Origin: Octopus bimaculoides
Taxonomy: Eukaryota
DNA: 52,993 nucleotides
Assembly (NCBI RefSeq): GCF_001194135.2
Contig: NC_068989.1
Coordinates: 96,240,732 to 96,293,724, forward strand
Reading direction: 5' to 3'
A model generated the notes under the pieces. The model was not told the DNA's origin. It did no database searches and saw nothing but the letters and a program-made list of their open reading frames with translations. The translations under genes were made by a program, and so were the position numbers. This document shows, piece after piece, positions 11,993 through 23,793 of the stretch. Numbering within the stretch: position 1 is the first letter of the stretch; each line of letters begins with the position of its first letter.

Positions 11993-12323
11993 CACCAACC
12001 ATTTTACAGATCGTTCTGGGTAGATCGTATCATGACACCAGCACAAGAGCGGTTGTCATATCCACGATGGAATTAAAGAGTTGTTTTGATGCTAATGTAG
12101 TCCTAGAAGTAGCAAAAACTGTTTGGTCAAGAATGGAACATCTTTCGTTACAAGTCTTTGATCATAAGTCAACTCAATCAACAATAATCTTGTGCTAAAC
12201 AACAACAGCACTGAACATTATTGTTTCTTTGACAATCCATCAGTTGTTTGCGAATTGAATCAATTATTAGACTTGTTTGCACAAGAAGAAGTATCCATCC
12301 ATCAGTGGACAAATCTGACTTAA

Positions 12324-12530
<207 letters not shown>

Positions 12531-12671
12531 GTGTGTCGACCGGGAACTTAGCATCACAAGGCAATAAAACACAGAGCAAGTTCTACAAGGTTACTGCCAA
12601 CTATTATTTAAAGAAAACATTGCTGCTGTTGTTGTTGTTGTTGTTGTTGTTGAGGAGGAGGAGGAGGAGGA

Positions 12672-13465
12672 GGCAAGCTGGCTGAATTGTTGTTCAGACA
12701 AAATGCTTTGCAGTATTTTGTCTGTCTCTATGTTCTAAGTTCAAGTTCCACTGAAATCGACTTTGCCTTTCATCATTTCAGGGTCGATAAAATAAGTACC
12801 AGTTGCATGCTGGGGTCAATATAACTGCCTTCCATCCTCGCCTGAAATTTCTGGCCCTGTGCCAAAATTTGAAACCATTAACTATTGTTGTTAGGTTCTG
12901 AGTTCAAATTCCGCCAAGGTTGACTTTGCCTTTCATCTTTTTGTGGGTTGATGAAAAGAGAGTACCAGTAGAGGACTGGGGTTGATGTAATCCAATCACC
13001 CACTTCACTAGAATTTCAGGCCCAACCCATGCCAGCATGGAAAACAGATAGTAAATGATGATGGTTTGGTAAAATTCGTTCCATCTCTTCAACTTCTGTA
13101 TTCAAATGACACTGAGGTCAACTTTGTCTTTCATCCTTCTGGAGTCAATGAAATAAAGTACCAGTCATACAGTGGGATCAATAGTATTGACTAGCCTCAC
13201 CCCTCCTCCAAACTGCTAGACTTGTGCTTTAATCAGAAACACAAGGACACAATATTGACAGAAACCTTAGAGAATCAGACAAAACGAAATGCTTTGCATG
13301 ATTTTTTCTAGTTCTTAATATTCCAAGTTCAAATCCTGCTGAGGTCATCTTTGCCTGTCATCCTTTTAGGGTCAATGGAACTAAATATTAGCCAAGGACT
13401 AGATTTGCTGGCATTCATAAATCTCCTTTCCCCAAATCTCATGCCTTTCACCCACACTGGAAGCA
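12672..13465 (+). mobile_element. Four same-orientation SINE family B copies (about 12672-12878, 12895-13020, 13097-13240, 13279-13465)
   Basis: Each carries a (g/a)ttcaa(a/g)t B-box-like word, then gag/aaggt(c/t)(g/a)(a/t)ctttg(c/t)ct(t/g)tcatc; the first three also have agtaccag. Confidence 0.75.
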
Positions 13466-13892
13466 TTTATTAATTTTATGACAACGACTAATTTTCCAAA
13501 AGTAAAACCACCTGAAACGTTCCGTTCTTCTGATTACATTTTACTTTCTTGTAAGATTCAGCTTTTCTTGTTGCCAATAGAAATTAAATTTGTGCAGATA
13601 AAGCAATGTACCATATCCTCCTATCGTTTCATTTTTTTTTTTATCCTTGCAAAATGTTTCAGGATAATAAGAAAACAATGAAAATATATAAAATAAATAG
13701 GAAAAAATTAAATTTGATTTTCAAAATATTTGATGGCTTCTTTCACATTTGCATGTTTTAATTTTTTTTTTTTAAGGCGAATCTCTTCACCCTTAGATGA
13801 ATATTAGGCAGCCTTTGTTCTCTTGTTATTTCATTTTCCCTTGGTTCCTTTCATTCTCTCTCCTCCACTGCTCTTCACATCTTATTTCACAG

Positions 13893-13910
13893 ATCAATTG
13901 AAACTTATTG
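13893..13910 (+). other. Candidate 18-nt symmetric microexon (ATCAATTGAAACTTATTG)
   Basis: ~75-nt pyrimidine tract ending ttatttcacAG; donor TG|GTAGGT; length is a multiple of 3 and all frames are open. Confidence 0.35.
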
Positions 13911-14117
13911 GTAGGTCGGAGCATTGAGGCGGCAAAATTGATGCCAAAATACAAATGTCCATTTATAGTTTCACATTTGAAGCTGGCAAAGAACTGATGC
14001 AATTGAAAGAATTTGTTTACTTTTGAAAATCCTCTCTGGTCATGGATTTATGATTAGTTGCAGAATATTTGTCATGTTTGAAAGCAAAAATGTTTGCATG
14101 CCTCTTCCCATCCCCCA

Positions 14118-14150
14118 CTCTCTCTCTCTCACTCTCTCTCTCACTCTCTC

Positions 14151-14217
<67 letters not shown>
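14118..14217. repeat. (CT)n microsatellite
   Basis: Direct reading. Confidence 0.98.
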
Positions 14218-14219
<2 letters not shown>

Positions 14220-14284
14220 TGCCACCACTGTCACCACATTATCCAGCAGAACAATGAGGTGGGTGTTGCAAATACATATTACAG

Positions 14285-14470
14285 TGAAATATCCCTTTGA
14301 AATACGACGAGATGAAATATCAATTTATCATCTTATGTTGTGTGTGAAATATTACCTTGTTATTCAATGTGAAATATTCACTTGATATATTGTGTATGAA
14401 ATATTAAGTTGCTCTCTTGTAAATGAAATATCACTTTGTTACAGTATCTGTGAAATACCGTTGTATTATA
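14285..14470. repeat. Diverged ~27-bp periodic array with a TGAAATA(T/C) core, 8 copies
   Basis: Cores start at 14285, 14298, 14313, 14345, 14370, 14397, 14424 and 14451. Confidence 0.8.
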
Positions 14471-14562
14471 TAATAAGTAACATAAGAAAGTGTTTAAGTC
14501 GATATAGTGTTGCTCGACTAACCAAAGCATTGTTGGTTCATGTGATGTCATTAGCACTGCCC

Positions 14563-14609
<47 letters not shown>

Positions 14610-15134
14610 NNNNNNNNNNATCTCCTGTCTGCCTATTTACCTCAATAAATTCTGTCTGAACAATGTTAATGTTCTTTGCGTATTGAACAAAATGTCTTGT
14701 GCCCTTTGTTCCAAGTCTGAGTTCAAATCCTATCAAAGCCAGTATTGTTCTTTAACCTTCAAGGATCAGTACAAAAATGGGCAAATCCAGGGTGGGGGAA
14801 TTGGCAAAACTGCAACAACATCAGACTGAATGGCTTTTGGTATATATGTTCCAATTTGTTACATTTTAAGTTCAGACCACACCATGGCCTTCTTGGAGGT
14901 GGTGGTGGTGGTGGTGGTAAAGCTAGTCCCCTTTCCCATCCTGGTTTAATACTACCACCTGGCATATTGACTACCTTTAGCAAATTCCATTCTGTTGCAA
15001 GTATTTCTCTAGTTTGGGGCTACTTGGATCCCTTTAATAAGTCTTAGATGCCCTAAAAAGAATCAAGCAAACTGCCTACATTTCTGATTCTAAGACAAAA
15101 TAAAAAGTCGCTGGTTAGCTACAGATCATATATG

Positions 15135-15664
15135 ATGGGATTCTTTCAGTTTCTATCAAATGAATCTGTTCACAAGGCATTGGTCGAGCCAGGGCTTCAG
15201 TAAAGGACACTTAGCAAATGTGCCACACCTTTGGTAAGCTGAACCCCAGGCAACATAGTTGGGAATCAAGCTGTGAAGGTGTGGTGTTGTAGGAATGATA
15301 TCTGACTGAGCAATGCTGTGGTGTATTTCGTTATTTAATTAAGAATGTTCTAATTAGTTGTTTCTCATAATCTGGAATGTATTTCTAATAAAGCTATGTC
15401 TCATGATACAGAAAATGGATTAGATCAGAATCAATAATGGATGCTGGAATTACTAAAGATCATACAGCTTTCTTTTACTTGTTTCACTCAATGGTCTGTG
15501 GCCATGCTGGGGCACTACCTTACTGGGTTTAGTTGAACAAATCAACCTCAGTGCTTTTTTTATAAAAGTCTGCTACTTCTATCAGTTTCTTTTGCAGAAC
15601 TGCTAAGTTATGGGACTTAAGCAAACCAGGATCAGCTGTCAGGTGGTGTGGGTAGGGGACAAAG

Positions 15665-15665
<1 letters not shown>
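15135..15665 (-). mobile_element. SINE family A pieces (head about 15135-15270; 3' half about 15468-15665)
   Basis: Reverse complements of the family A head and tail (cttttacttgtttc...gtggccatgctgggg). Confidence 0.7.
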
Positions 15666-15716
<51 letters not shown>

Positions 15717-15717
15717 A

Positions 15718-15926
15718 GTAGACAACAGATCTGGCAACCTTGAAAAATCGAGATATTTCTAAACCGCTATGCCCAGTCTTTATAACCCCAATAACCGCAT
15801 GCTTCTTCATTTCTTGAGTAACCTGAGTCTGCCATTATTATTTTCTGAAACAAAGATTATACAGAGTTAGCAAGACATGCAGCAATGACCCCAAAAGGTA
15901 TGAGCTCAAGTACCTTATGCACCCTG
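15718..15926 (-). mobile_element. Tc1/mariner left end with the transposase N-terminus, truncated
   Basis: Minus strand TA|CAGGGTGCATAAGG... terminus; ATG at 15810 gives MKKHAVIGVIKTGHSGLEISRFFKVARSVVY*, an HTH-like start. Confidence 0.6.
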
Positions 15927-16015
15927 TATATATATATATATATATATATATATNNNNNNNNNNNNNNNNNNNNNNNNNNNNNNNNNNNNNNNNNNNNNNN
16001 NNNNNNNNNNNNNNN

Positions 16016-16349
16016 TAGGATCGCAGTTTTGATTCCCAATCCAGGCGTTGTGAGTGTTTATTGAGCGCAAACACCTGAAGCTCCACGAGGCTCCGGCAGG
16101 GGATGGTGGCGAACCCTGATGTACTCTTTCTCTCACTCTTACTTCCTGCTTCTGTTGTGCCTGTAATTCAAAGGGCCAGCCTTATCACACTGTGTCACAC
16201 TGTGTCACACTGAATATCCCCGAGAACTACATTAAGGGTACACGTGTCTGTGGAGTGCTCAGCCACTTGCACGTTAATTTCACGAGCAGGCTGTTCCGTT
16301 GATCGGATCGACTGAAATCCACGACGTTGTAAGTGACGGAATGCCAACA
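16016..16349 (+). mobile_element. SINE family C (low-divergence, CpG-retaining copy; head lost in the gap)
   Basis: ttgattcccaatccagg head; body ...gtgtctgtggagtgctcagccacttgcacg...gttccgttgatcggatc...gacggaatgccaac, recalled as an abundant Octopus retroposon. Confidence 0.65.
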
Positions 16350-16391
16350 TATATATACATGTGTGTATGTGTGTGTGTGTGTGTATGTGTG

Positions 16392-16555
16392 ATGGGCTTC
16401 CATACAATTTCTGTCAACCGAATTTAACTCTAAGTGATTAGTTGACCCAGGGCTCTAGTAGAAGACACTTGCCCAAGTTGTTCTGTGTGCAGTGGGACTG
16501 AACCCAAAACCACATGATTTGGAAATGATCATTTTAACTACTCTGCTATGTCTGT
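16392..16555 (-). mobile_element. SINE family A head
   Basis: gaagacacttgcccaag...cagtgggactgaaccc is the reverse of the tRNA-like head. Confidence 0.7.
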
Positions 16556-16788
16556 GCCTTTACAGTGAAAAAAAATGGTAAAGTGAGCTTCCTGAGCAAA
16601 ACGAATGTCAGATGCTTGGGTTCTTGAAGATGACATAGGGTCAGAGAAGTTTCAGATGTTCAGTTTCCGAAAGATGGCATCAGATAAAAAAAAAAAAAGA
16701 TTAGAAGTTTTATTCTTCTGAAGATGACATAGATCTAAAAGAATGATAGCAGTCATCTTAGCTGATTTGTTCCATCTAGAACAGGCCT

Positions 16789-16869
16789 GAAAATGGACAG
16801 CAATAACGGAAAGAAGAGGAGAAGGAAAATGGACAGCAATAACGGAAAGAAGAGGAGAAGGAAAATGGA
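16789..16869 (+). repeat. Perfect 36-bp tandem duplication plus a 9-bp partial copy
   Basis: GAAAATGGACAGCAATAACGGAAAGAAGAGGAGAAG at 16789-16824 and 16825-16860. Confidence 0.97.
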
Positions 16870-17021
16870 AGCCGTTATTTCTTTGCTTATTTCATGAGAA
16901 TTTAGAAACTTCACGAGAATATGAAATAAATTATCTTTGGTGGTAGAAAGTAGATTAAACTATAGATAATAGCATATAAATATTGAGTTTGAAAACCCCT
17001 TGGATAAAAAGAAACTTAAAG

Positions 17022-17091
17022 GTTGCCCATCAAGTGTGAATCCACATCTTCTGTGAACATGACAGACATTCTACCATTGCACCAAAACAAC
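17022..17091 (-). pseudogene. Degenerate tRNA-like relic (tRNA pseudogene or isolated SINE head)
   Basis: Minus strand GTTGTTT-TG-GTGC AATGGTA GAAT-G-TCTGT CATGTTC ACAGA-AGAT-GTGGA TTCACAC TTGAT-GGGCAAC. Acceptor and anticodon stems are at tRNA spacing; the T-arm is broken. Confidence 0.3.
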
Positions 17092-18299
17092 CCCTTGTGT
17101 GTTTTCCATCCATTTTGGAAGCTTTGTTCTCACCAGTGACAACTGTATGGGGTTTACATAATAAATTGGAAACTTAAGGAGGAAAATAAATCATTTTTAA
17201 TGATTTATTTATTCATAAATATTTGGTTTAAAAAAAATCCCTTGAATGGAAAAATGGGATGGAAACAGCCTTCACTGTTTCCATCTGAGGTTCTTTTAAC
17301 CTAATATTCACACACTATTATTTATAGCTTTATCTGCTTCAAGTTCTGCTGTTAAAAAGGATTTATTATTTTTCCATTTGTAACACAAGTGTTATACTGT
17401 TCTGAATATTTTCCATTGTATTGTAATGTTCACTTTTATTGCCCTCATGGCAAATCAAATAACAATTCCTTCCTAATTTATTTGTGGTATATAGATGAAG
17501 CTTCTGAATATCAGAAGGAATGTTATTCCTTCATAGAAAATACATTCCTACCCACACAGGCGATGAAGTCCGAATTTTGACTATAACTATATGTTATGTT
17601 TTAATCTAACAGAAGTACTGAAGGAATATCTGTTATTGATTTCTTTTGATTTTAAATATTGATTTCTTTTGAAGTAATATATATTATTGAAATGCTATTA
17701 TGCCCATACTGTTGAAAATTACTGCTATTGCAATCATATTATTTAGAGGAATTCTCAATATAGTTATAAATTTTTAACTTTTTGCCTGTTTTCCCTTTCG
17801 TTTCAGTCTCTTTAATCTCTTCATTCACTTCATCAATGCAGGAAGTGCCCACGTTATAGAGAAAAGATCACACACAATAATTTTTATTGATTGTTTTTGT
17901 ATTCAGTTTCGGAGTTATATTATTTGATACCTTAGAAGAGAGCTTACTTTAAAGAATTATCTCCCTTTGACAATAACTATGATGTCACATTCCCTTGTAT
18001 CAGAATATTACCCATTACAAACAAACAAACAAACAATGCATTAAAACACACAAACATTAAACATATTACTTGATTATGATTCTTCAATGATAACATTTTT
18101 TTTTTCATCTCATGCTGTGTATAAATATTTCATTACCAACATAAAAACAAGGTGATTATTTTGCAAATTATGGCATTTGTATATTTTTGAAATAATTTCA
18201 CAGATAGATGGCACTACTACAGCTATACATTCACTCTATTCACAACAGCAAGCATTCCATGTTGTTATCCACGAATAGCCACACAGACAAGAATTATTC

Positions 18300-18703
18300 T
18301 TTCATCTTTTATTTTAACTTAATCCTATTACTAAACTATGGCCATGCTGGGGTACCACCTTAAATGCCTTTTAACTGAACAAATCAACATTAATGCTTAC
18401 TTTTTAAAAATTCTGCTGCTTATCTTTGTTGAACTCTTTTGCCAAACTGCTAAGTTATGGAGAGATTAACAAACCAACACTGACTGTCAGCCAATGGTGG
18501 TGGCAAGTCAAATACAGACAGAAAGACACACACACACACACACACACACATGTATCATTATCATCATCATCATCATTTAGCATCCATTTTCCATTCTGGT
18601 ATGGGTTGAACAGTTTGACTGGAACTGGTAAGCCAGGGAGCTTACTGGGTGTCTTTTATGGGTCACTGGTGCTGTCCACAACTATGAATTCACTTGGCTT
18701 CAC

Positions 18704-18737
<34 letters not shown>

Positions 18738-19013
18738 TGCAGGTGTGGTTGTGTGGGCAGGAGCTTGCTTCCCAACCATATGTTCCAGATTCAGTCTCAC
18801 TGCATGGCACCTTAGGCAAGTGTCTTCTACTATAGACTCTGCTCAACCAAATCCTTGTCAGTGGATTTGGTGGACAGAAACTGAAAGAAGCCTGTTGTGT
18901 GTGTGTGTGTGTGTGTCTTTGTGTCTGTGTTTGTCCCCTGTCATCGCTTGACAACTGGTGTTGGTGTGTTTACGTTCCCGTAGCTTAGCGGTTCAGTAAA
19001 AGAGACCAAAAGA
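18300..19013. mobile_element. SINE cluster: family A 3' half (-, about 18300-18530), RTE-type tail (-, about 18560-18700), family A (+, about 18735-19013, 3'-truncated)
   Basis: Family A head gcaggtgtggttgtgtgggcaggagcttgcttcccaacc...; body ends abruptly at gagaccaaaaga. Confidence 0.75.
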
Positions 19014-20067
19014 ACAGATCTATCGGACTTTCAAAGTAGTCAAATTGTTGGTGCTCATATGGCAGGTGCTAGCATAACAAAAATAGCCAAAATGTTTGAT
19101 GTATCAAGAAGTACTGTCTCGAAAGTAATGACAACCTTTGAGAATGAAGGAAAATACCTCCTCGTCAAAGCAAAACTTTCAGATAAGGACCTTCGGACTC
19201 TTACGCGAATTGTTAGAAAGGATCCCAAAATTACTACAGAGCTTAATGACTACCTCAGGAACCTAGTTTCCATAAAAACTGTTTGCCGGGGGTTTCAAAA
19301 AGACAGATTTCATGGGAGGGCTGCAATCAGAAAACCACTACATTCAAAAACAAACATCGCAAAGCGTTTAGAGTGGAGTAAAATCCTACAGAATTGGTCC
19401 TTAGAGCAGTGGAAGAATGCTATTTTCTCGGATGAGTTACTCTTCACCATATTTCTGACCACCAACCAAGTATACATGTGGTGACAGCCAACAAAAGAAG
19501 CATTTTAAATCAGACTGCCTTCTTCCAGCTGTTAGACATGGAGGAGGATCTGTGATTATCTGAGGGGGCTATATCTTGGAAATCCACCAGCCCAATGGTT
19601 TCTCTTCATGGCAGAATTAATAGTCAAGACTACTTAAGCATTTTATCTGATCAAATTCATCCTACGGTTGTGGAACTGTTTCTGGAGGGAAACGCAATCT
19701 TTCATGATGATAATGCACCAATTCACACAGCTAAAATTGTTACTGAATGGCATGAGGAACATTCTAGTGAAGTTGAACATCTTATCTGGTCACCACAGTC
19801 CCCCAGATCTCAATATTATTGAACATTTATGTTGCATTTTAGAAAACCAAGTAAGGAGTCGATATCCTCCACCATCATCACTACAAGAACTGGAGACTGT
19901 TTTAGCTGAAGAATGGACAAAAATTCCTTTGGAAACAATTCAAACTTTGTACGAGTCCATACCTTGTATAATTCAAGCTGTAATTACTGCCAAAGGCGGT
20001 CCTACCCCACATTAAAATAAGTTTGTTTGAGATTTTAAGATGTTTTCATTATTTTGTCCAACCCCTG
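19014..20067 (+). mobile_element. Tc1-family DNA transposon, decayed transposase with DD36E spacing; right TIR intact, left TIR and start codon deleted
   Basis: TDLSDFQSSQIVGAHMAGASITKIAKMFDVSRSTVSKVM (HTH), IFSDE (D 19431), HDDNAPIH (D 19709), SPDLNIIE (E 19821), KGGPTPH* (20015). Ends ttttgtccaacccctg|TA. Carries several stops and frameshifts. Confidence 0.92.
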
Positions 20068-20701
20068 TATGTGTGTGTGTTGGTGTGTTTCTGTATATAA
20101 ACGAGAACTCATTGTGTATGTGTGTGTGTATGTATATGTGTGCGTATGTATTTATGTATATGTGTGGCTATGTGTATATGTACATATCTGTCTTCCTGTC
20201 ACTGATATGTGATAGCATATGATGTAAATATTCAGTAACTGAAAAAAACTGATATTAAAGGAATAAATTTCCCTGTGATATTTGTTCAGCACCTAGGAAC
20301 AGAATCTCCCTTTCATTCGCACCTAACAACTGCAATAAAAGATTAACAACTATCAGTTTCCCCTTTTGGCAATTGTACTTTATTCCACTCTCTTCACTCA
20401 TTTACATTTCTTCATTGATATCCATGTTTTGTCTTCATAGATTTATTTATTTGATCATTTGTCTTATAGTTCAACTCGTAAACAATAGTGTCATTAGTAA
20501 TTGGTTACCAGCCAACCAGTCACTGGCTCACTGTATATCTGCGGGTCAGAAGGGAATGTCTCACCAATGTTTATGTCTTCACTGGCTTACTACACACCCA
20601 CACACAAATCTATACGAGTGTGTATGTGTCTATCTGTGTATCTATCTTTCAGAGACATATACTAGCAAAGAATCAACACATTTCCTCACACCTCCAGAAA
20701 T

Positions 20702-20745
<44 letters not shown>

Positions 20746-21910
20746 ATGAGAGAAAGGGAGAAATTGGTAGGTAGATAGATAGAGAGAGAGAGAGGGAGAG
20801 AGAGATGTTTCCTTTGATGTTATAAGAAAAACAGTTTTACATTCAACTGCAGGATTCCTAAATTTTGTAGAATTTATTATCCTTTAACAAGAATAATATT
20901 AACAGTGACTTCGAAGTTCTGGTCAGCTAAGCCATCACCAGACTGTGATGCATTTGGCCTCCTCCTGGCCTTTAAAATTTTCTAGCGTAGCCTGAGTTCT
21001 GTGAAATGATAATTAGTTTTTATGGTAGATTGTGATGGCAAAATGTTTATTCATTAAATTTGGGGTTATGCTATTGTTTAGAATTTATTCATGCATGTAG
21101 AGCTTTGAATCAGGTGTGTATACTTATGTGTATCATCTCCAAGTCATAGATGTTCACAAAAGAATGTAGTTAGGTTGGTCAGCTGATGTGTCTTTCAGTT
21201 TCATTATTGTTGGCTTTAGTTGGATCTTAATGAAATATTCAATCTGTTGCCTTGACAATGTGAAAGCTCAGATTTCAGTTCAGTGTTTGAACCTCTGTAC
21301 TTGGGTGTGTCAGCTTTTAGGTCATAGTTTTAAGGGTCACAAAAGAAACGTGAGTTGGTGGTATGTTTTAGTTTGTTAGTTAGAGTTTTTCACCTATTTG
21401 TATTGGGAGAGTTTTGATTATTGCTTAAGGATACCATGGTGTTATTAGTATGGTAACTTTGTTTATGTTATGTTTTAATGTTTGCAAAAGAATGTAGGTA
21501 AATGTGTAGATGTAAATGACCAACAACAGTTACACCTGCCTCTATTCTCTTGTGAACATCAAAACATAAGACTTATAAATTTTTAACAGAAATAACACTG
21601 TAACCTTGTGTTTCAACTTGATGTGGTCCCCTCAGTGCTAAACATCCTTGATTGTCTGAGGCTGCCTCAATTCACCAATGTTCACTAATGGGAAATCTGT
21701 TAAACATGCAACAACTAATTAACACTAAAGTCTTTTTTATACCTTTAAAAACCAGATTTACTCTGCGACCCAGTTTTGGTTGTGTTGTAACATAGGGGAA
21801 CACCCTCTGTATATGGGAAAGCTTTGTAAAAGGATCTACAATTGCTAAAGGTGAAGTATTTTTGCATTTGAAGATGAAATCCGTTCTTTGGAATGTGGTT
21901 TTTGGAATGG

Positions 21911-21914
21911 TGTG

Positions 21915-21992
<78 letters not shown>

Positions 21993-22014
21993 TNNNNNNN
22001 NNNNNNNNNNNNNN

Positions 22015-22053
<39 letters not shown>
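21911..22053. repeat. (TG)n microsatellite spanning a gap
   Basis: Direct reading. Confidence 0.98.
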
Positions 22054-22055
<2 letters not shown>

Positions 22056-23323
22056 TTGTACTTTGCATCTTTGCATGAAAATTGTGGGAAAACAATTGTG
22101 ATTTTCTGTTGATTTTCCTTTTTCACAAATCCAACCCTGTGCTTTGAAAAGCAAGGGAAAATAAAAAAAAGATTCATTAATTGAAAAACCAGTCTTGGTT
22201 AGCAATGTGAAGAGTGTCTCCTTGTAAAACGATGCCTCATTAATAAATATTAGTATTTGTCCAACCCATGCTTGCATGGGAAAGCAGATATAAAACAGAT
22301 GAATGAATTTATACTCAGAACTGAAATAAAACCCCAGGAAACTCACTTCCTGTTTCTAGTTTTTCCTTCAGACATTGACTTCAAGAGTTTTTAACATGAC
22401 ATCACTCACATCAGTCTCCTCAATCCAGATGAATACACAAGTCATGCGCACTGTCCCTAATTTGCTAATTAATTAATAATTTTCAGCACAGGCACAAAGC
22501 CAGGTGTTTGAGGGGGTCAAGGGGAAACATTTAAGGAAATCTTATTAACAAATATAAAAACATTCAAAGTAAACACTAGTGCAAGGAAACTGGTGGGGGT
22601 GGCAGTGGTGTTGTTGTTGGTGATGGTGGCAGTAGTAGTGTACTTTGGCAAACCACATCTTACAGTGAAGTTAATGAGAATGGATAAGTGTATCTGATGT
22701 GGAGAAAGGAGGAAATTTGATGTTTTGGGAGTAGTTCTTTGTCTGGGAAAGAAAAATATAAAAAGGCTTCTGTGGATGGCAAATGAAGGGACAATGTTGA
22801 AGCCCTGGTGTTTATCTTTTCCCTACAATGTATGAACGTAAAGGTGTTCAACTCACAGAAACTTTACTGTAGAAAAAAATATGTATTGTTTGTTCTTTTG
22901 TTGAAGTCGTCGTTTCAACAGAAAGCAAACACGTGCATGTCAGCTGTTGATTATTAACAAAAACATTGTCATTATCATGTTTGACTCTTTATTCACAGGC
23001 AACATTTCGGGTGTACCATTGAGTAATGTTATGTTTGTATTATAGGTTAGCTCTCCTCCCACACCCTGTATATATCTTCTTTCTTTTCTTTTTTTTTTGT
23101 ATACTGCAATAATAATAATGATGATGATGATGTATAGTGATGGCATGTCTGCATGTGATTACATAGAGCCATGCATTGTTGGAGAAGAATATCAGAGAGG
23201 CTTAAACAAAGACCTGATCTTTTGTCATAGTGCAATACTTCAGCAGTCAATAATATTTACCAAAGTAAAGAATGCAGTTATGTGTGTCTGTGAAATATGA
23301 TAAAACATGTTAATTACTTTATG

Positions 23324-23362
<39 letters not shown>

Positions 23363-23589
23363 TGCAACTTCAGAATGAGTTGTTTCATTTTGGGTGGTGG
23401 GGAGGGTTTTTTTCTTTGTATTTTCTTATGTTCAAAAATGACGATTTTTTTCTTTTTCTTTTTATTATTATTTTTTTAATAGTAATTATATGATGTCTGT
23501 TATCCCAATTAATGTCTCAGTGCTTCAAATTATTTATTATCAATCAAATTTCTCTTTGTAGTTAGTCTCCAGGCATTTTTTTGCTATAA

Positions 23590-23599
23590 CAACAATAAC

Positions 23600-23636
<37 letters not shown>

Positions 23637-23761
23637 TGATGATGATGTTATGTTTTGGCTTTTGTTTTACATTTGTACAAGTTGGCTCCAAGTCTCACCC
23701 AGAGACCTCAAGAGACAACATGTTAGAAGTTCATGTTGGTGCTATTATTATTATTATTATG

Positions 23762-23793
<32 letters not shown>

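Noticed and set aside
14285-14470. CRISPR interpretation of the repeat-spacer-like array
   Set aside because: Eukaryotic context, 8-16 nt cores, ~11 nt spacers and no cas genes; kept only as a periodic motif array.
21321-21349. 29-nt AG/GTGAGT-bounded segment (GHSFKGHKRN)
   Set aside because: Weak pyrimidine tract; such pairs are expected by chance in 53 kb of AT-rich DNA.
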